A stretch of 64,000 nucleotides of DNA from the NCBI RefSeq assembly GCF_009834535.1, contig NC_045696.1, positions 98,086,001 to 98,150,000 on the forward strand, given 5' to 3'. Position numbers and translations under genes: made by a program. Positions 37,354 to 48,315 of the stretch are shown here, one piece after another; position 1 is the stretch's first letter; each line of letters starts with the position of its first letter. Source of the DNA: Camelus ferus (Eukaryota). The notes beneath the pieces were generated by a model. That model did not search any database. It saw nothing but the letters and a program-made list of their open reading frames with translations, and was not told the origin of the DNA.

Positions 37354-38659
37354 ATGTTGTACAAGCAGACCCCAGCACCTGTACTTGATCCGCCGTGATG
37401 AGATCTATCAGAATCAAGACTAGCTGCTCTGGGACCCCAACATCCTCCCTAAGAGGGGAGTGGAGGAGTTACTGTACCTGGTAGCGAAGCGGTGATGGCA
37501 TGAGATCCCGGAACTCAGCTCCCAGAGGGAGAAACGGTGAAAGGCAGCAAGCAGGCGCTGTGTGAGCTGGTGAAACGCAGTTCCAAGGCGGAGGAAGTCC
37601 TGCGGGGTCTGCGGTGGAATGCGAAGGTGCTCTGAGAAGGGTTCAGGGGTCGGCGTGAGGCGGGCCGCAGGAACTCTGCGCGGGGCTCCCAGTGCACCGG
37701 AAGCGCTTCCACCCGACGCAGGCCAACGAGGTCACCAGCGGTCGGTGGGCACGTGTGTGGAGTCCTACTCACTGTGGAAGAAGTCGGACCGTTTGGGCTA
37801 TTTCTCTAACAGCAGACATAGCAGGCTGGAGGAAGTACCGCCCTTCAGGAACCAGGGCCACAAACTGGACACGGCCTCTGGGATCCTCGCCGCCCTGTAC
37901 CTGCCGCACACGGCGTGAGCCGCGGATGGCCCCGCAGCTGCGCATGCGCACAGAACCGCAGAGCCGGGACTCACGGGCGGCGGTCTCGTGGGCCCGGGGC
38001 GGCCCACACGGCCTCGCGTTCCCGCCCCTGTCCGTTCCAGCAGCCGGACACGCTGGGCTCTGCCCCTGCCCTGGTCCAGCCGGCCCTCTGCCCACTCCCG
38101 CCGCAGCCACTCCGGAGGCCTGTGCCGGATGGCAACGAGCCGTGGACCTGTCCCTGCCTCGGGCCCTCCCGGAGAGCAGGCCCTTCGTCTCCAGCTATTT
38201 GTGTATGAACTGAGAGCCTGAGGAGGCCGTGGCCCTGCAGAGGTGGCCTTCTCGGTCACTGAGTTTGGGCTCCTCTGCATTTCAGACATGAATCTCTTCC
38301 TGGCCGCCCTCCTAGTGTGTCTGGCCCTTAGGCTGCAGAAGCCCTGTCACTGTAAGGTAACGATCTGTTGATCCCTGGCCTCAAATGGGTGTGTGTGGCC
38401 GAAATGGATTCGGGGCCACTGCGGGGTCTGTCAGGCTTCCCGACCTTACCCCTCCTCGTGGGCCTCTGGTAACACCGTATCTGCTTCAGCATATTTCAAC
38501 GATGGGGTTGAGAGGTGGCCGGGCCGTGGGCCCTGCGGGTCACGACATGCACGGCCGCCCAGCTCTAGGCTGCCACCCTCACGGTGGGCCCGGTCCTGCA
38601 GCTGGGTGCGGAGGGCCTGGCCCTGTCCAGCATTAGAGGCAAAGGAAAGGTGTCGCTGC
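37351..38659 (+). pseudogene. MIER2: MIER2 processed pseudogene (5'-truncated: ELM2, SANT, C-terminus, probable partial 3'UTR)
   Basis: Intronless frameshifted translation EIYQNQD*LLWDPNILPKRGVEELLY..KR*WHE / QLPEGETVKGSKQALCELVK / RSVGTCVESYSLWKKSDR / RKYRPSGT / MRTEP / PCPFQQ / AEVAFSVTEFGLLCISDMNLFLAA...HCKVTIC* (TGA 38369-71) tracks recalled MIER2 (KIYENEDQLLWDP, RSVGECVEYYYLWKKSER, AQVALSVTEFGL, HCNVMTC*). Confidence 0.93.
37480..38610. promoter_or_regulatory. CpG island within the MIER2 pseudogene, with NRF1 palindrome
   Basis: About 34 CpGs counted by eye in 37861-38160; TGCGCATGCGCA at 37939-37950; GC boxes ~37975-38028; ETS-like ACCGGAAGCG 37696-37705. Confidence 0.7.
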
Positions 38660-39415
38660 CCATGTCCATAAAATGTGGGCACATTTGCACACCTCTCTGA
38701 TGAGTTCCATGGCTGATTATGTTTCCAGTTAAAGAGATGGGGATGCACTTTGCAGGCTTCAGTTGTTTCATCTCTTCACCTCCTGGTAACCTCCACTAAC
38801 TTTTTACCACATTTATCTACATTGCCCACCAAAAATGTTTCAGAGGTATCTCCACAGTGCTCATTGTGATAGACCGTGACATCAAAGTTCATAATATCTC
38901 TCCAATCCTAAAGATGCCAACTGCCAGGAATATCATAACACCTTGTTTACAGAGGTGCAAAGAGATTTTGGAAAACCTCATCATGATTGATGATTGCTCG
39001 ATGAAAAGAGCATCTCTCTCTTCAGTTGTCATGTCAACCTTTAAAGTCTTCCCAGCCAGGAGGAGGACATGACCAGTCCAGCCAAGGACCCCGACAAAGC
39101 CCTTGAATCTGATCTTCATTCTTCTATGCTGTCTCTGTAGTCAGGTACAATGCCTGTCATCACATAGTCTGGCTTCTTTATGTGCTTAGGGGCAGGATGA
39201 GCTGAAGAAATTGCATCCCACATACTATACTGTGAAATATCTCTTTGTCTCTGGTAAAAGGAATTTCTTCATTATTGACTGCCTGAACTGCTTGTGTAAG
39301 TAGATATGATTGAGTAGTGAAGAGAAAATTCTGACAACCTTTGAGAGATGAGCAGGTGGATGCCACTGGCTGCTGCCGTATTAGCACTGGTCACCAGTAT
39401 TCCAGACATTCAGGA
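38660..39415 (-). pseudogene. METAP1D: METAP1D processed pseudogene (5'UTR and N-terminal ~3/4 of CDS; 3'-truncated)
   Basis: Minus-strand intronless translation (M>T at 39379)AAASGIHLL / LNHIYLHKQ / SSAHPAPKHIKKPDYVMTGIVPD / NEDQIQGL / HVLLLAGKTLKVDMTTEERDAL / DVTVYHNEHCGDTSETFLVGNVDKCGKKLVEVTRR*RDE / GNIISHGTHQRGVQMCPHF matches recalled mitochondrial methionine aminopeptidase 1D; frameshifts and stops present. Confidence 0.95.
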
Positions 39416-39416
39416 T

Positions 39417-39509
39417 TTGGGGAGGGGGGTGAAATGAGTGAAGAGGTCAAAAGGTACAGACTTCCAGTTATAAAATAAATGTCATGGGGATGTGATATAC
39501 AGCATGATG
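39417..39509 (+). mobile_element. L1 3'UTR internal piece (inverted); right arm of the composite insertion
   Basis: GGGGTGAAATGAGTGAAGAGGTCAAAAGGTACAGACTTCCAGTTATAAAATAAATGTCATGGGGATGTGATATACAGCATGATG is the consensus segment immediately upstream of the 37128-37353 piece. Confidence 0.85.
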
Positions 39510-42500
39510 TTAGTCTTATATATTATACTCAGGATTTGTAGTTGTATTTAGTTGGAAGATTTGGAAAAAATACATCTATTCTATCTTCCTAGAAGTGGAA
39601 GCTGCTTTCCTTTTTATGTAAATTATTTGTAATTCTACTTATTCCTATTTAGATTTTATTTTATGTATTTTTAACTTTACAGAAAGAGTCTCATGTTGAA
39701 CCTATTCTTGAGGGACTTTTTCACATTAATACTACAATATTAGTGGTCATCCATAAGGCAACATGTCCCCGTGTAGTTTATTAGTTCTGACTGCTCTGTA
39801 TGTATACTGTGGTATATTCATCCAGTCACCTGTGGGTGGATGTTTGTGGTATTTCCAGGTTTATGCTAATGTGAATCATGCTGGTGTGAATAACCTTTTA
39901 CATGCATCCTGTCTTACATGTGCTAGAGTTTATCTTGAAATATACCTAGGAGTGGAATTGCTAGACTACAGGCTATGTAAATCTTCAAGTATAGAAGATA
40001 ATGTAAATTCTTTTTTAAAGTTGTTGCACTAATTTATGTTACCACTAGCAATGTGTTAAGAGATAACTGTAGATCCTTACTGAGCGGCAGCCTGAAAACT
40101 TTCTCCAGGTAGTAAGCCGGGGATAATTATGGGGCTCACTTCAAATCTTCCCCTCTCAGGCATCACTCACTGTCACTTGTTGCCTAATGACCAATATATA
40201 AAAATTACTGTTCCGTATTTTTGGCTTTTTTTTTTTAGTTGTTTTTGGCAAGTGAGTCATTTGGGTCCCTGATTTACCATCTTGTTTGGAAGTAGAAGCC
40301 TTTTAAACTCATTTTAACCTCTACTTTTTGTGTAGTAATTGTCTCAGTTTTTGTTTATAAAATCATTTTTGTCTTCTCTCTACTTTTCATGATTAATTTT
40401 GCTAAAGTTTATTTGTTTTGTTAGTTTTTCCAAATAGCCATTCTTTGGCTTTGTTAGTCTTCTCTACTTTATCTTTGTTTTTGCTTATCCCTTATCTTGT
40501 ATTTTTTTAAAGTTTTATCCGTTCTTTTTCTGATCTCTTAATTTGGGCAATTAGTTTGTTACTTTTGGGGCTTTCATTTCTTCCCTTAATATTCATGTTT
40601 AAAGCTGTAACTTTCCTTCAGATCACTGTTTTTACTGTATCACATAAATTTTGATATATAGTTTTAAAATTTTTAAATCAGTTCTAGATATTTTAAAATT
40701 TCTCATTATGACCTCATTTTAATCCATAGGTTATTTATCAGGGTTTTAAAAAAAACTCAAATAAGTGGGGATCAAAAATTTATATATATACTATTAATGT
40801 CCAACTTAGTTGTATACTTATTTTTGTAAAATAGTTGAGGGTCTCTTTATGACCTAATTTATGATAAATATTTGTAAATAGTCATATGTATTTGAGAACA
40901 ATATTTTTATTCTAATTATTGGGTGCAGAATTCAATGTATGTTCATTAGGTTAAATTTTTTGGTTCTGTCTTATATGCCCTTGCTGATTTTTTTTGTCTA
41001 TTTGACTTCTCAAGAATTGAGACAGGTGTGCTGAAATCTCTCACTATGATGGTGGATTTATTACTATGTCCCTGAAATTCCAATAAGTTTACTTCATGTG
41101 CTTTAATGAAATTTTATTGATAACTGCATATTAAAATTACTTCATCTTCTTGGAGAATTGGATTAAGTAGGGAATTGAATTACCTGTCTCTAATAATATA
41201 TTTTACTTTAACATTTATTTTGTCTGTTATTAGTATAGCTACAGCAATTTTGTTTTAGTTGTATTTACTTTATATTTCATTTTCTATCCTTTTACTTTTA
41301 ACCTTTGTGTTTTCTTATGCTTTAGGTATATCTTATAAGTAGCATATTTTAGATTTTATAAAATCCAAACTTTGACTTATCTTTTAAAGTTCACATTTAT
41401 TTATTCTGATTACTAATGTATTTGAGCCAGTTTTAAATATCTCAGCTTATTATTTCTGTTTTTTTCCCCTATTTCTATTTCTTTTCACCCATTTCATCTC
41501 CCTCCCTTCTTAAATTGATAGCTATATGTTCTCAAAGTACTGATCTGGAAATTGTTTGTTACTGATCCACAAGTAGATAAGGACCTCATGGCAGAACGTA
41601 GATTAAAACGCTGCTCCCTTCATTGAGAAAATATGTAAAAATCACGTCAGCTGAACTAAGCAGTGTGGTTGGTGAGGTTCTCTTGTCAAGAGCTAATGAA
41701 CAGTTCACAGACCAGTTTGGTGAACTGCACTTTGTGAGATACTGTTTAGCTTGTTTTCACATCCCTTGTGAGATCCAACTTTCAACATACTGATAGTATC
41801 TAGGATTTTAAATAGGATTTTTTTGTGTGTGTGTGAATATATTTCTTTTTTTACTTTGATGATAGATTTCCTTTTCACCCTCTCTTTAAGATAGCAACCA
41901 ACTTAAGGTAACAACCAAGATATTGGATCTCTTTTATTCATATATCACTTACAGTATCTCCTGTGTTTGTTTGTTCTCTTACTTAAGACAATCCCCACCC
42001 TGTTTTCAGTGTAGATCTTTGCATGGTAAACCTTCTGGCCTCATCTGCCTGACAATATGTTTAGCAAGCCTTTACGTTTGACTGATATTGGGGATATAAA
42101 GTTCTAATTTCCAAGTTCTTTTCCTTCAATATTTTGGAAATTCTGCTTCCATAGTCTTCTTATAGTCAGTGTTGCTCTTGAATAATTTGATTCTTATTCC
42201 TTTGATGTGGATATGCTTTTTTTTTTTTTTTGCTAGCTTTTAGATTTTATCTTTCTTATTCTTAGATTTTAGTATGATGTGTGGATTTTTCTTTCTCCTC
42301 TTTGACACTCTAGAGGTTTTTTCAATCTTAGTTCTCTTATCTTTAAAAAATCTGAGACATTTATCTACATTATTTACTACTCTTTTAAAATTTCTTCCTG
42401 TGATTTATATTATTTGGATTTTAGCACTTCTGTTTCTTTTCTTTATACCTATTGACTTTTATATTTTTCATTTCTTTGCCTTTTCTTTCTTTTCTCAGCA

Positions 42501-44607
42501 TTGTCCTTTTTAAAATGTATCTTATCTTTCTGTTCTTTATTACAACTATTGCAGTCTTATCTTTAAAATATCTGCTTGATTCTTTTTAATGTATTTTTTC
42601 TTTTTTTCATATTGAGACATTCTTCCCTTTTTGAAAAAAATATTTTATTAAGCTGATTTAGCATTATTAGTTTAGATATTTTTGCTTCTGATGGAATTTA
42701 AAATCCAGATCATTGTACTCCTCAAATATCTTATCCTGTAGGTTTGTGGGCTTGTTTTTCCTGGGGTATTTTTGACTCTGTCAAGCCATACATATAGGGG
42801 AAGGTCAGACCCTTGTCGCTGTCAGTCACTACAGTCAGATCAGGAGGTGAAAGTAGGGTGTGTGCATAAGGGCTAGTGTGGACAGGCCTAGGCAGTGAAA
42901 AATTGAATCAGTCACTCTTCACTCCAAAAAAAGAAATTAAAGCAGGGCTTTGCTCATTGCCCCTCAGGAAAGAGCAGCTTTAGATGGGGAATCTTCCTTC
43001 AGCATGGCAACTTCCTAAAGTCATGACCTTGTTTTTTATACCGTATCACAGTGGTTTCTGCCATGGAGTCTCCTTTTTTTTTTTCCTTTAGCGACCACTT
43101 GGACCAAGTCTGAGTTACTGTAGGTGTGGGGTATGTATTCTTTGTCCCAACAGTACCTTTTCTGTTTTATTCTGGGCTGCCTCTTGTGCTGGCCTGAAGC
43201 CACTCCTCTTTCACAGCAATTCGGAACAGCCCTCTATCATCATTTCAAAAATTTCTCATATCTTGGTGTCTTTGGTTGATCTTGGGCATGAGAACCAACA
43301 ATAATGCCTGTTCACCTTCCTAGTAGGATCTGGAAATGGATCTACCTCCCTTTGCCACTATTTTTAGGGACCAACATTTTTTTTTCTAGTTGTAGTTTTT
43401 TTTTCTAGTAACATATAGTTTTGTATTATGGTTTTATTTTTACAAAGAGTGTTTAGAATGTAAATGTAAGTGTAGAATTTAAAATACTATACCCAAGCTC
43501 TTTGTGTTCCATTTCCAACCTTTTGCCGTACACAGTCACATTATTTTATGCTACAAATGTTTTTCACCTTGCATTATTTTGAGTGTACTTCTTTTGGGTT
43601 GTTCTTTTTGTTTATTTTAATGGTTCTACACTGTTTATTTTTAATACATTGCATGATATTCTAAAACAATTACACAGAATTTATCAAAGCTCTCTGATGT
43701 TTTAAGTTATTTTTATTTCTCACTACTAGAGAAAAGTATAACATCTTTAAAAATATATCTTTTTCTTTTGATTTATTGGTTTACATTTATTTTAAGAATG
43801 AGATTTCAAGGTTCATGGATGTAAAAACTTTATGGCTCTTGATAAGTATTGCCAAATTGCCCCTCAAAGAATGATGCTGTTCTTTGAATGGTTTTCTATA
43901 CACTTACTCTGATGTATACTTAATTGCATATGCACAAACTTGTTGTATATCACTTGAAACAAATCCTCTTCTGACTTTTTACATTACTCTGATTACATTT
44001 TTAAGGGTACATTAAATTAAAATGGTGATAGACCATCTTCTTTTTTTTAAAAGCCAATATTACTTCCAAATAGCCCTGTAAAATCCTCTTAATTCTAATT
44101 CTAATTTAAGTAATTAGGAATATAAATATAAATTAAGACAATGGGTGACATTTACTCCCTCAGATTCTAACAACATAGAGAGCATGCATTACTTATACAG
44201 TTTGAAGTCTTAGATGTCCCAGAAAGGTATGAAATATTTTTTGAAATCACTGTTACTTCCAGAAATTTTCTGAAAAGTGTGGCCTTCCCCCTCTGTTTGG
44301 AACTAAGTAAGTCTTGGGGTTTGGTATCATAGAAGAGAAGGATGGGGATTGAAAAAGGACAGCTATTAGCTCTCTTGCTAGCCCTAATGCCTGGTAATCA
44401 AACTAGATTTAATTTGATCTAGAAAAATGCAAAGAGGTAACATTTTTTACATATTGAAGGCCTGCTATTCTTATTTGCTATTATCTTTAAACAAAGACTC
44501 TAAATATATTGCTTACATTTTTATTGTTCAGTGTAATTTATAAGATTCCTGAAAGAATTGTGGTTAATTAGTGCCAAGCACCATTTTACATGCTATATGT
44601 TTAATCC

Positions 44608-45057
44608 TCACATTAATTTTTGCTGCATAATAAATAATGTCAAACTCTTGGGATTTACAATAATAAACATTTATTTTCTCCTCCACAGATTTGTGAGTTG
44701 TCTGTGGCTCGGCTGGGCTCTGGGATCGGCTAGTCTTGGCTCCAGGCTGTGAATCGGGTTCCTGTCTGCTTCACCGGTGCCAGCGTCTCTCCGGGGGCAT
44801 GCTCTCCTTACTGCAGACCACAGAAATGTAAGTCAGCGGGCCAAAGCACACAAACATATTTAAAACTTCTGCTTGCATCACATCTGCTAAAATTCCATCA
44901 TCCCATGCAGATCACATGCCAAGCCGAACTGCATAGGCTGAGATATATACTCTGCCCACAGTGGGAAGCGCTGAAAAGTCACGTGGGAAAGAATACAGAG
45001 GTGCACCTTTATTGGGGAGTGAGTTAAGAATTGAGAATAATAGTCCTAAGCATCAGA
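44608..45057 (-). mobile_element. MaLR LTR (MLT1H-like)
   Basis: TTGCTGCATAATAAA...AATAAACATTTATT...GGCTCGGCTGGGCT...CTTCTGCTTGCATCACATCTGCTAA...ACTCTGCCCACAGTGGGA. Confidence 0.75.
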
Positions 45058-45229
45058 ATCTTCAAAGCAATGGTGCAGGTTGTCTGTTGTTAACTTAACC
45101 ATCATCTGCATCCCCTATATTATATTAAAGGTACTGATTGCATTGCATTTTAGGGGAGAAGCCTAGTGTATTAGTCAGCTATACAGACTTTTGCTCCCCT
45201 AGACCTTCCCATGATTTGGTAAGCACTTG

Positions 45230-45965
45230 TCATATTTTATTTAAGTTGAGATGCCATCAAATTGTGTCACTAAGAAAGAAAAAAGTTACTAATTAGATTA
45301 AAAATTTTTTAATACTTAGGATTTTTATTCCATACTTTAAAATCTTTTAGACAGGTTTTAAAAAACATACATTACAATAGTACATACATAAAAATACAGA
45401 TATTAGCACAATAAATTTGCTGTTGTTCTTGAAATAACTTCACATTCTGAATTTTGCTTTGGTGAATCATTTTTTTTTCCACTTGGAGGCCTCAGTGTGT
45501 GTGTTTTCCACTCATCAGGAGGCGTCAGGAGCATTGGTGACAGATCATTTCTTAAAAGAGTGCTCTGTCATTATCTCCTGTCTTTTTTCTTCCAAGCTGC
45601 TAACAACTATTCTGCCAGTTTGATTGGAGTTATCTTGATTTTGTCTACTCATATTACGTTCTCAAAGAGTACTTAAATGGTCTATGGATTCAAAGAGTGA
45701 GGATTTGCAGTGGCTCAGCTATGCTACTGGGAATGACCGCGAGGTTCCGCCCTTCTCAGTGAGCTTGTTCTTTACTTGTCTGAATATACATTTCTGCCAT
45801 GTGTCAAGAACTGACCTAACTGGTGTGTTGTGTAGGATTCCTGGGTATCTATTCTGAGGACTTTTAGCTAGCTCACTGGCAATCCACCTGTGTTTTTTTT
45901 GAGCACATACTATAACATTTTGGGGGAAGATCTCATTTTTGTGTATCATTTTGCAATTTAAAATT
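45230..45965 (-). mobile_element. Tc2/pogo-type DNA transposon remnant (Kanga-like) with DDE_1 transposase fragment
   Basis: Minus strand YLILNCKMIHKNEIFPQNVIVCAQK...NRYPGILHNTP..VLD, LAVIPSSIAEPLQIL...HRPFK, EHSFKK*SVTNAPD; terminal GAGATGCCATC...CACTAAGAAAGAAAAAA. Confidence 0.8.
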
Positions 45966-45969
45966 AAAT

Positions 45970-46205
45970 ATAAAACCCATGGACTGTACAACAGCAAGAG
46001 TGAACTTTAAATAAGGGCTTTGAGTGACAGAGATGTGTCAGTGTTGGTTCATTGATTGTAATAAATGTATATCCTTGTGCAAGATGTTGATGGGGGAGGC
46101 TCTGCATGTGAAGGGGCAGGAGTTATATAGGAACTCTCTGTCCTTTCTGCTCAATTTTGCTGTGAACCTAACATAGCTCTAAAAAATAAAGTCAATTAAA
46201 AATTA
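45970..46205 (+). mobile_element. L1MC-type 3' terminus
   Basis: AAAACCCATGGACTGTACAACA...GAACTCTCTG...TCTGCTCAATTTTGCTGTGAACCTAA...CTCTAAAAAATAAAGTC. Confidence 0.85.
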
Positions 46206-46554
46206 AATATAACAACAACAGTTATTGGCAATTATGCATAGCTTTACAGGCTTAGGCTGTTTTTTATAACCTTTGTCATGATCTCCATCTCTTTAGCACC
46301 TTAGCAGTGATAATATCATCATTGGAGTTTCTTTAGTGTTTTCTATTTGACTAAACCAATTGTTTTATTAATTTCCTCAAATGAATCACATATCGCTGGA
46401 AATTTGGTAACTTCTGTTCACAGTCAGAAAAAGTTTCTGATAAATTGATACTTAAGGCCTTAAGAATAATCCTGGATGCTGTATGAATTATCTACATAAG
46501 CCTGTCTTTCATCTCTTCTGGATGATTTGGCCATTTCTCCTGCCTTCATTTCCC

Positions 46555-46640
46555 TCTTAATTTGTGTTCCTCTAAAAGCAGAGGCTGAGACAAGGACGTA
46601 GGAGCATAGAGAACATATTTAGAAAGTGATCTTTGGAGGC
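46555..46640 (-). mobile_element. ERVL LTR fragment (LTR33-like)
   Basis: GTTCCTCTAAAAGCAGAGGCTGAGACAAGGA...ATTTAGAAAGTGATC. Confidence 0.45.
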
Positions 46641-48124
46641 AGGTGACCCTCTAGGGGCACTAACTTCACCCCTGGGGGTGGTACTGTCCCCTACGCCCCA
46701 ATTTCCAGGCTTCTCTGAGGTAGGAAAGCAGAGACATCTGTATTGTTTTGAACAAAAGGTAAGAATGGTGATTATGACAGAGATGGCTGCTGGGAAGCAC
46801 TGTGCTGGCTTTGTTTTTTCCATGATACTTGCTAGGCCAAAATGCATAAAGTTGATACTTAGCATGATCTTACGACGTTTGTTTTCCCAGCCTGTTTGCA
46901 TTTTTGCCTCTTTAACAACTTATTGGGATGGATGCCACCTGTCTATCCCAAGTGTATCTACTCTGCGTTCTCCAGTTCACTCCAACCCCATAAGCCTATA
47001 TTAAGTTAATAATTTGGCATTCTCGTTGTAGAAGTCAGACCATGGTGAGCTGATTGACAGACATTCATTTACCAGAGCCTGTTCACGCCTAATCACATTT
47101 TTGCATGTTGGATTCTGGACAGTGGTCACTCCACCTAGGCATTGTTATCCCAGGAGGCCCTGCTGAAGCAGCTTGCCAGCATTGGTCTTATTCTTTACTA
47201 TGTTATAGATGTGTTAGGTGCTCTGAGGAATAAAAAATAAGTCCACGCAATAGTGGCTGATTTCCAGGAGTATAGATGCATGCTCAGGAGTAACCCTACA
47301 CAAATAATAATTTACCAAAGTCAGCGGCTCAAACTCTGGGAGCAACTGAGAGGGAGGAGGCTCGCTTAGACTGGAACTTTTTAGAAAGGCTCTGTGAGGG
47401 TCTGAGCAGTGAATTTGAATTGAGGAAGCAATATTGATAAAGGCTGCTAGGATACACTCTTTTTGGGACCTGGGTCTCCCAAGCAAGTGCCATTTTAAAA
47501 TTCGATCTTATTCCTCTCTGGTCACCAAATTGTCCTGTAAGTTAGTTGAAGTCTATGGACTCTGTGAACAGGCAACTTGACTGTGGGATTGAGGTTTGAA
47601 TGTAGGGCCAGATGCTATGTTTGCTGAGGAGGTGGATGGCTGGCATTTAGCAGTCCTTGTAGAGGCTTGTGTATGGGAAACTTAGTTTCTGAACGCCTGG
47701 CAGCTCTGTATAAGAGCTGTAGATACAGTGGGATGCATGAAGGGGAGAATCTGGTGGCTTTCTCTTTGGGGCAGCCAGACGAACTATGGTCCACACACCA
47801 GGGTTCAAGCCATGGTGTCATGTATGCTGGATTGTTGGGAGAATTACTGTCCCTGGCTTGTTGGATGACATTGACTAGCTCCTGGATGAACCTGCACCCT
47901 ATGGAACAGTGCCCCCATTTTCTTCATTACTAGGGGAGAGCTGTAACCCTTTGCTTTTTCGTGGGCTCTAGTGGGATGGAGACATGGGTCTAAGGTGCCT
48001 GGAAGGAACACCATTTCCTCATTCCTTGTGAGTCTGTGATGTAAACTTTCCCTTGTTAGACAGGAAACAGTTCACTTTCAACTCCAGAGGCCTTGAATGA
48101 TGGACCACAAGAACTTATGGTCAC

Positions 48125-48315
48125 TTTTGGAAGCCATCGTGTTTGGGTCTCAAACCTGGGTTCAAATACGAATGCTGCCCCTCTGGTGAAACCCATGGGT
48201 GATTCTCTTAGATTCTTTGAGTCTTGGTTTTCTCCTTTATATGGTGGTTATTTATACCTGTCACATAGCATTGTTGGGAGATTAAATAAAATGATGTAAA
48301 GCGTCTGGCATGGCA
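48125..48315 (+). mobile_element. MIR SINE
   Basis: AACCTGGGTTCAAAT...TCTTTGAGTCTTGGTTTTCTC...TTGTTGGGAGATTAAATAA...TGTAAAGCG. Confidence 0.8.

Larger units (their letters stand above)
33992..39600 (-). mobile_element. L1MC-like element (3'UTR, ORF2/ORF1 remnants, 5' end), interrupted at ~37105-39509
   Basis: PolyT then GAGATAATTCTAGATTC...CAGTTGTAAGAAATAA 3' end; 5'-end sequence CTTCTCTGCACCTTTTGGGTCTTCTTAAGTTT (to ~37100) resumes as TCTTATATATTATACTCAGGATTTGTAGTTGTATTTAG...TCTATCTTCCTAGAAGTGGAAG (39514-39601). Confidence 0.8.
33785..43900 (-). mobile_element. Very old L1 (L1ME-like) host, in two parts: ~33785-33990 and ~39601-43900
   Basis: Antisense L1 3'UTR/ORF2 motifs (ATAACTATCATCCTGA; CCTAGGAGTGGAATTGCT; GAAATCTCTCACTATGATGGTGGATTTA); parts separated by an insertion with TSD-like ATTGTTTTCCTTTTT / GCTGCTTTCCTTTTT. 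Confidence 0.65.

Noticed and set aside
37692..38213. 173-aa ORF (and overlapping ORFs on both strands) in the CpG island as a new protein gene
   Set aside because: Starts at GTG, is a mosaic of in-frame and out-of-frame MIER2 sequence, and long stop-free frames are expected in very GC-rich DNA.
38660..39415. Functional METAP1D gene
   Set aside because: Intronless, start codon mutated to ACG, multiple frameshifts and stops, internal deletion and missing C-terminus.
46230..47950. Possible ERV internal region or further pseudogene
   Set aside because: Only short LTR33-like and L2-like pieces are recognisable; no gag, pol or env motif or known protein in the ORF track.
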